This document shows, in pieces, positions 36,147 to 41,002 of a stretch of 41,002 bases of DNA. This DNA is from an uncultured Actinomycetota bacterium (GTDB lineage: Bacteria; Actinomycetota; Nitriliruptoria; Nitriliruptorales; Nitriliruptoraceae). How positions within the stretch are numbered: position 1 is the stretch's first letter; each line of letters opens with the position of its first letter. The translations under genes and the position numbers were made by a program. The stretch spans positions 1 to 41,002 of the forward strand of contig CAYXJD010000002.1 in assembly GCA_964465225.1 (NCBI GenBank), in the 5' to 3' direction. Below the pieces are notes generated by a model. The model searched no databases. It worked only from the letters and a program-made list of their open reading frames with translations, and was not told the origin of the DNA.

Positions 36147-37273
36147 GGATCGCGATCGTCAGCCCCTACGACCTCGAGCGTCCGGGCGGTGTCCAGTCGC
36201 ACGTGCGTCAGCTCGCCACGCGGCTGCGCGCGGAAGGTGAGCAGGTGGTGGTGCTCGGCGCCGGACCCGTCGGGGTCGTGACCGGGCGCGGCGCGGTGCC
36301 GGAGATAGGGGTCGGCGCGGGTCGGGGGGTGCCGTTCAACGGCTCGGTGGCGCCGGTGGCGCTGGGCCCGCTGTCCGCTCGGCGGACCGTCCGGGCCCTC
36401 GAGCGGCTGCGGCCCGACGTGGTGCACGTCCACGAGCCGCTCGTGCCGATGGTGGGTCTGGCCGCAGCCTTCGGCAGCCCGGCACCGTTGGTGGTCACCT
36501 TCCACGCCTGGTCCGACGAGGACCGTGCGTACCGGCTGGTCCGGCCGCTTGGTCGTCGCCTGCTGGCGCGGACCGCCGTGGCCGTGACGGTCAGCCGTGC
36601 AGCGGCCGAGTACCACGCCTCGGCGCTCGCGATCGACCCCGGATCCTTGCGGATCGTGCCGAACGGTGTGGAGGTGGCCCCCTTCCGGCAGGCGGCGGAC
36701 ACCGTGGGCGACCAGCGACCGCCCGGTCCGCCGCGGGTGGTGTTCGTGGGCCGGCTCGAGCCCCGCAAGGGCGTACTGGTGCTCGCCCGGGCCTTCCGTC
36801 AGCTGCTGGCCACCCACCCCGATGCGATCCTGACCGTCATCGGTGACGGGCCCCAGCGTCACGAGCTCGCGGCGTCGCTGTCGGGCGTCCCGGCCAGCCA
36901 GGTCCGCCTCGCCGGGCGGGTGTCCAGTGAGGTGTTGGCACAGCGGTTGGCGGAAGCCGACGTGGCGGTCGCCCCGGCCCTCGGCGGGGAGTCGTTCGGC
37001 ATCGTGCTCCTGGAGGCCATGGCCGCCCGCACCGCGGTGGTGGCCTCCGACCTGCCGGGCTACCGCAGCGTCGTCACCGACGGTCGGGACGGGCTGCTCG
37101 TGCCGTCCGGCGATCCGGACGCCCTGGCGGCGACGCTCACCCGGCTCCTGGCCGAGCCGCAGCGTCGGGCGGCGGTGGTCGAGGCCGGTGAGCAGACCGC
37201 CTCGGCCCACGACTGGACGGCGGTCGCCAGCGAGCTCCGAGCGGTCTACCGGGAGGCGCTGCGCAGCGGCTGA
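36143..37273 (+). CDS. pimA: GT4 phosphatidyl-myo-inositol mannosyltransferase
   Basis: Starts VRIAIVSPYDLERPGGVQSHV. GT-B C-terminal motif is GESFGIVLLEAMA. GTG 36143 overlaps the patA stop. Confidence 0.9.
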   Translation: MRIAIVSPYDLERPGGVQSHVRQLATRLRAEGEQVVVLGAGPVGVVTGRGAVPEIGVGAGRGVPFNGSVAPVALGPLSARRTVRALERLRPDVVHVHEPLVPMVGLAAAFGSPAPLVVTFHAWSDEDRAYRLVRPLGRRLLARTAVAVTVSRAAAEYHASALAIDPGSLRIVPNGVEVAPFRQAADTVGDQRPPGPPRVVFVGRLEPRKGVLVLARAFRQLLATHPDAILTVIGDGPQRHELAASLSGVPASQVRLAGRVSSEVLAQRLAEADVAVAPALGGESFGIVLLEAMAARTAVVASDLPGYRSVVTDGRDGLLVPSGDPDALAATLTRLLAEPQRRAAVVEAGEQTASAHDWTAVASELRAVYREALRSG

Positions 37274-37274
37274 T

Positions 37275-37316
37275 GGTCCGGAGCCGGCCGCGATGTCCGT
37301 CGCGTCTGGCCGGACC
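37275..37316 (+). terminator. compound hairpin after pimA (possible terminator)
   Basis: GGTCCGG (37275-37281) pairs with CCGGACC (37310-37316). Inner stem is CGCGA/TCGCG. It starts 2 nt after the pimA stop. No U-tract. Confidence 0.4.
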
Positions 37317-37370
37317 CCGTAGGCTCGCCGACGGCCTGTCACCGATCCTGTCCTGTCAGCGGAGCGTGCT

Positions 37371-38495
37371 GTGTCCCGTCCCTCGTGCCTGGTCCGGTTG
37401 CTGCTGGGCGCCGCCCTGCTGCTCGCGCTGACCGCCTGCGGCAGCAGCCAGACCAAGGACCTGGTCCTCCCGCCGCCCGAACCCGCGGACGACCCCGAGC
37501 CGGAGCCCGAGCCGGAGCCGGAGCCGGAGCCGGTGCCGGAGCCAGAGCCGGAACCCGAGCCCGAGCCGGAGCCGGGACCGACCTCACCGCTGACGGGCCT
37601 GGAGGTGGATGCGGACGTCCTCGACCTGCCGGCGCTGCTGGTGAAGGTCGACAACGCCCCGCAGGCGCGACCCCAGTCCGGGCTCGACGTCGCCGATCTG
37701 GTGTACGAGGAGGTCGTCGAAGCCGGTATCACCCGGTTCCTCGCCGTGTTCCACAGCGCGCTGCCGCCGGTCGCAGGTCCGGTCCGCTCCGCCCGTCCGG
37801 TGGACGTGCAGTTGCTGTCGGGCTACGGCCGTTCCGCCTTCTTCTACTCCGGTGCCCGTGACGAGGTGCAGCCGATGCTGCGCAACGCCCCGGCCGTCGT
37901 GCTCACCGAAGGGGGACCGGGGTTCTTCCGCGACCGGTCGCGGCGCGCACCCCACAACCTCTACCTCGATGCACCCGCCGCCCGGCAGGGAGCACGTGAG
38001 CGCGGCGCGGACCCGCTCGGGGACGTTGGCTGGGTGTTCGACGAGGAGGTCCCGGCCGGTGCGCTGTCCTGTCCGGACGACGCCACCGCCTGCGACGATC
38101 CGGGGGCAGCCATCCGGATCAGGATGTCCTCCGGTTACCGGACCACCTGGGAGTACGACGAGGACGCGGGTCTCTACCGGCGGTTCCAGAACGGTTCGCC
38201 CTTCCTGGTCACCGGCGAGGGTCGGATCGGGGCGGCCAACGTGGTGGTGCTGGACACCCGGCACTACCTCGGGAGCCCGAGCTGCTACGGCGCCCGCTGT
38301 CCGGAGACCGATGTCGTCACCGACGGCGCCGCCGCCCTGGTGCTCCGCGACGGACAGCGCTTCGAGGCGCGGTGGCGCAAACCGTCCGCGGACGCCCCGC
38401 TGGAGGTGCTCACCAGTGACGGCCAGGCCTTCCCGCTGAAGCCGGGACGGACCTGGCTGCACCTGCCGGACACGCTGCCGTCGATCTCCGACTGA
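37371..38495 (+). CDS. DUF3048 domain-containing lipoprotein
   Basis: Lipobox LTACGS, a (PE)n linker, then LLVKVDNAPQARPQSGLDVADLVYEEVVEAGITRFLAVFHS, typical of DUF3048. GTG 37371 has GGAG upstream. Confidence 0.8.
   Translation: MSRPSCLVRLLLGAALLLALTACGSSQTKDLVLPPPEPADDPEPEPEPEPEPEPVPEPEPEPEPEPEPGPTSPLTGLEVDADVLDLPALLVKVDNAPQARPQSGLDVADLVYEEVVEAGITRFLAVFHSALPPVAGPVRSARPVDVQLLSGYGRSAFFYSGARDEVQPMLRNAPAVVLTEGGPGFFRDRSRRAPHNLYLDAPAARQGARERGADPLGDVGWVFDEEVPAGALSCPDDATACDDPGAAIRIRMSSGYRTTWEYDEDAGLYRRFQNGSPFLVTGEGRIGAANVVVLDTRHYLGSPSCYGARCPETDVVTDGAAALVLRDGQRFEARWRKPSADAPLEVLTSDGQAFPLKPGRTWLHLPDTLPSISD
37491..37578 (+). repeat. in-frame hexanucleotide (gagccg/ccggag) microsatellite encoding a (PE)n linker
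   Basis: Encodes DPEPEPEPEPEPEPVPEPEPEPEPEPEPGP. Confidence 0.9.
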
Positions 38496-38573
38496 CCGCT
38501 GCAGCCGGGGTCGGCGCGACGCGGACCTCGCAGTACCCTGGAAGGCACCCCCCGCCGCACGCCCGGAGCCCCC

Positions 38574-39491
38574 ATGAGCACCCCTGAGTCGCTGCCCGCC
38601 ACCGCCGCGTCCCACACGGGCACGACCCGCGTCAAGCGCGGGCTCGCCGACATGCTCAAGGGCGGCGTCATCATGGACGTCGTGGACGAGACGCAGGCCC
38701 GCATCGCCGAGGAGGCCGGTGCGGTCGCGGTGATGGCGCTGGAACGGGTCCCTGCCGACATCCGCAAGGACGGCGGTGTGGCCCGTATGTCGGATCCGGA
38801 CATGATCGATCGCATCATCGCGTCGGTCTCCATCCCGGTCATGGCCAAGGCCCGCATCGGCCACTTCGTCGAGGCGCAGGTCCTGCAATCGCTGGGCGTG
38901 GACTACATCGACGAGTCCGAGGTGCTGACGCCTGCGGACGAGGCCCACCACATCGACAAGTGGCGCTTCGATGTCCCCTTCGTCTGCGGTGCGACCAACC
39001 TGGGTGAGGCCCTGCGTCGCCTCAGCGAGGGCGCCGCGATGATCCGTTCCAAGGGCGAAGCCGGCACCGGGAACGTCGTCGAGGCCACCCGTCACATGCG
39101 CTCGATCGCGGGGGAGATCCGACGTCTGGCGACCATGGACGAGGCTGAGCTGTACGCCGCGGCCAAGGAGCACCGGGCGCCGGTCGAGTTGGTCCGCGAG
39201 TGCGCCGAGACCGGACGGTTGCCCGTGGTCCTGTTCACCGCCGGGGGTATCGCGACCCCCGCGGATGCGGCCATGATGATGCAGCTCGGCGCGGACGGGG
39301 TCTTCGTCGGTTCCGGCATCTTCAAGTCGGATAACCCCGAGCAGCGCGCCCGAGCGGTCGTGGAGGCCACCACCCACTTCGAGGACCCCGGGGTGATCGG
39401 GAAGGTCTCCCGAGGGCTCGGCGAGGCCATGGTCGGTATCGACATCACCACGCTGCCGGCCGAGCAGAAGTACGCCGACCGCGGCTGGTGA
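38574..39491 (+). CDS. pdxS: pyridoxal 5'-phosphate synthase lyase subunit PdxS
   Basis: Highly conserved PdxS sequence ([30 protein letters not shown]..; [11 protein letters not shown]; [10 protein letters not shown]). Confidence 0.95.
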   Translation: MSTPESLPATAASHTGTTRVKRGLADMLKGGVIMDVVDETQARIAEEAGAVAVMALERVPADIRKDGGVARMSDPDMIDRIIASVSIPVMAKARIGHFVEAQVLQSLGVDYIDESEVLTPADEAHHIDKWRFDVPFVCGATNLGEALRRLSEGAAMIRSKGEAGTGNVVEATRHMRSIAGEIRRLATMDEAELYAAAKEHRAPVELVRECAETGRLPVVLFTAGGIATPADAAMMMQLGADGVFVGSGIFKSDNPEQRARAVVEATTHFEDPGVIGKVSRGLGEAMVGIDITTLPAEQKYADRGW

Positions 39492-40165
39492 GCGGCGCGT
39501 TCGTCCCGGACCGGTGGATCCCGGGGGAGCGGCTGGCGGGCGAGCCGCCGGCCCCCGACATCGGTGACGACGCCCCGCTGGTCGGTGTCCTCTCCCTGCA
39601 GGGCGATGTGCTCGAGCACCTGCGGGCCCTTCGCCGGGTCGGTGCCCACGCGGTGCAGGTCAAGACGCTGACGCAGCTCGAGGCGGTCGAGGCGCTGGTG
39701 CTGCCAGGTGGCGAATCGACCACGATCGGCAAGCTGTTGGTCCGGCTCGGGCTCATGGAGACCCTGCAGGCCCGGATCCGGGACGACCTGCCGGTGCTGG
39801 GGACCTGCGCGGGCATGATCCTGCTCTCCGACGAACTGGACCAACCGCAGCCGCAACCACTCGTCGGGGGGCTGCACGTGCTCACCCGTCGCAACGCCTA
39901 CGGTCGGCAGGTCGACTCCTTCGACACCCGGTTGGTGATCGCAGGCATCGACGGGGGCCCCGTCGACGTGTCCTTCATCCGGGCACCGAGGGTCGAGGAG
40001 GTCCGCTCGGATGAGGTGCAGGTCCTGGCAGCGGTGGATGGCCATCCGGTGGTGGTGCGGCAGGGACCGATATGGGCGGCGGCGTTCCACCCCGAGGTGA
40101 CCGGGGATGATCGTCTGCACGCCGCCTTCGTCGCGACCCTCCGCTCCGATGACACCGGGACCTGA
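39488..40165 (+). CDS. pdxT: pyridoxal 5'-phosphate synthase glutaminase subunit PdxT
   Basis: GTGA overlap with pdxS. Motifs [15 protein letters not shown], catalytic GTCAGMILL and FHPE. It would carry a ~30-aa N-terminal extension if the overlapping GTG is used. Confidence 0.9.
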   Translation: MSGAFVPDRWIPGERLAGEPPAPDIGDDAPLVGVLSLQGDVLEHLRALRRVGAHAVQVKTLTQLEAVEALVLPGGESTTIGKLLVRLGLMETLQARIRDDLPVLGTCAGMILLSDELDQPQPQPLVGGLHVLTRRNAYGRQVDSFDTRLVIAGIDGGPVDVSFIRAPRVEEVRSDEVQVLAAVDGHPVVVRQGPIWAAAFHPEVTGDDRLHAAFVATLRSDDTGT

Positions 40166-40230
40166 CCGGGGCGGCTCCCGTCGTCGTACCCGCAGGGTGC
40201 GGTCACACGGTCTCGTTAGGCTCGGACCCT

Positions 40231-40279
40231 GACGAGTACGCGCGTCGGACGAGTACGCGGGTCGGACGAGTACGCGGGA
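40231..40279. repeat. 17-bp tandem repeat, about 3 copies, upstream of recC
   Basis: Units are gacgagtacgcgcgtcg / gacgagtacgcgggtcg / gacgagtacgcggga. Confidence 0.9.
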
Positions 40280-40321
40280 CGAAGGGATGCCGGTGGGGGC
40301 AGTGGCCGTGGTGGGTGCCCC

Positions 40322-41002
40322 GTGACGGCCCCGGAGCACGGCCTGCAGGTCGTGCGGTCGGCGTCGATGGCGGCCATGGCGGACCACCTCGCCGACCGGC
40401 TGGCGGCCGCGCCGCCCGAGGACCCGTTCGCCACCATCGAGGTGGTGGTGCCGAGCCGCGGCGTGGAACGCTGGTTGACCCAGCGGCTCAGCACCCGGCT
40501 CGGGGCCACGCCGGTCGAGGCCGGTGTCTGCGCGAACCTCGAGTTCCCCTTCCTCGGCGCGCTCGTCGAACGCGTCGTCGCTGCCACGCTCGATCTTCCT
40601 TCCCCGCGCGACCGGACAGGTGGCAGCATCGATCCGTGGTCCCCTGAGCGTCTGGCCTGGCCCCTGCTGGCGCTGCTCGACGAGCTGCCGGCCGCGCCTG
40701 CTTTCGAGCCGCTGCGCCGGCACCTGATCGAGGACGGTGTGCTGGCAGCCCGTCGACGTTTCCCCCTCGCCCGTCGCATCGCCGACCTGTTCGACCGCTA
40801 CGCGCTGTACCGGCCCGACATGGTGGCGGCCTGGCGCCGTGGTGAGCACGTCGACGGCGACGGGGCGCCACTGGCCGACAGCCTCGCCTGGCAGCCGCTG
40901 CTGTGGCGCCTGCTCGGCGACGAGCTCCCGGTCGAGAGCCCGGACCTGCGGACCACCGAGACCCTCCGGCGTCTGCACCGCGGTGAGATCGCGCGGGCTG
41001 CG
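40322..41002 (+). CDS. recC: exodeoxyribonuclease V gamma subunit RecC, N-terminal part (open at window end)
   Basis: Not in the supplied ORF track because no stop lies inside the window. Translated by hand from GTG 40322: VTAPEHGLQVVRSASMAAMADHLADRLAAAPPEDPFATIEVVVPSRGVERWLTQRLSTRLG..GVCANLEFPFLGALV..FPLARRIADLFDRYALYRPDMV.. This matches the RecC N-terminal pattern (dPf..e.ivVps.gm.rWL...La...Gi.aN..f.fP; iadlFDqY..YRP.m). Confidence 0.8.
   Translation, partial: MTAPEHGLQVVRSASMAAMADHLADRLAAAPPEDPFATIEVVVPSRGVERWLTQRLSTRLGATPVEAGVCANLEFPFLGALVERVVAATLDLPSPRDRTGGSIDPWSPERLAWPLLALLDELPAAPAFEPLRRHLIEDGVLAARRRFPLARRIADLFDRYALYRPDMVAAWRRGEHVDGDGAPLADSLAWQPLLWRLLGDELPVESPDLRTTETLRRLHRGEIARAA

Noticed and set aside
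35492-37732. 746-aa minus-strand ORF
   Set aside because: Antisense to patA, pimA and the DUF3048 gene. Its (GS)n stretch is just the reverse complement of the PE microsatellite. Ser/Arg/Pro-rich junk composition.
39092-40978. 628-aa minus-strand ORF
   Set aside because: Antisense to pdxS 3' end, pdxT and recC, all of which have strong motif support. Arg/Pro/Gly-rich.

Overview
Visibly very GC-rich bacterial chromosomal DNA. Gene content and synteny place it in the Actinomycetota: thrS - HIT/Ap4A-phosphorylase-like - pgsA1 - patA - pimA (phosphatidylinositol-mannoside cluster), followed by pdxS-pdxT, plus a DevR/DevS-like two-component pair. I see no transposase, integrase, prophage or CRISPR array, so this looks like core chromosome rather than an island. 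Content from left to right: moeZ (partial), a GH3 beta-glucosidase, and a minus-strand thiamine salvage/uptake operon (thiamine pyrophosphokinase, substrate-binding lipoprotein, fused permease, ATPase, possibly a MOSC gene) preceded by a clear TPP riboswitch the ORF track cannot show. Then a PPOX-family gene, divergent devR/devS-like genes, an SRPBCC-like gene and ppc. Next is a translationally coupled three-gene module (cysteine-less DsbA-like protein, unknown protein, stand-alone HIRAN protein), which is my best candidate for an undescribed system. After that come a cell-envelope group (VanW-like, M23 peptidase, zf-HC2 anti-sigma), a Na/Pi cotransporter with a PhoU-like gene behind a long structured non-coding region, tRNA-Val(CAC), a GlsB/YeaQ membrane protein and an Fpg/Nei glycosylase. 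The right part holds a CopB-type (CPH) P1B ATPase coupled to a UPF0104 membrane protein and a lipoprotein, a flavodoxin-like protein, an FkbM methyltransferase, the thrS-to-pimA cluster, a DUF3048 lipoprotein, pdxST, and the 5' part of recC, which is open at the window end and absent from the ORF track. Many adjacent genes overlap by 4 nt (GTGA/ATGA), supporting operons. Short tandem repeats (9-69 bp) recur in intergenic regions and in frame at the N-termini of several proteins. The ORF track gives the longest ORF from any ATG/GTG/TTG, so several starts were moved downstream to sites with a Shine-Dalgarno sequence or a 4-nt overlap. All homology statements come from motif recognition by eye, not from database searches.
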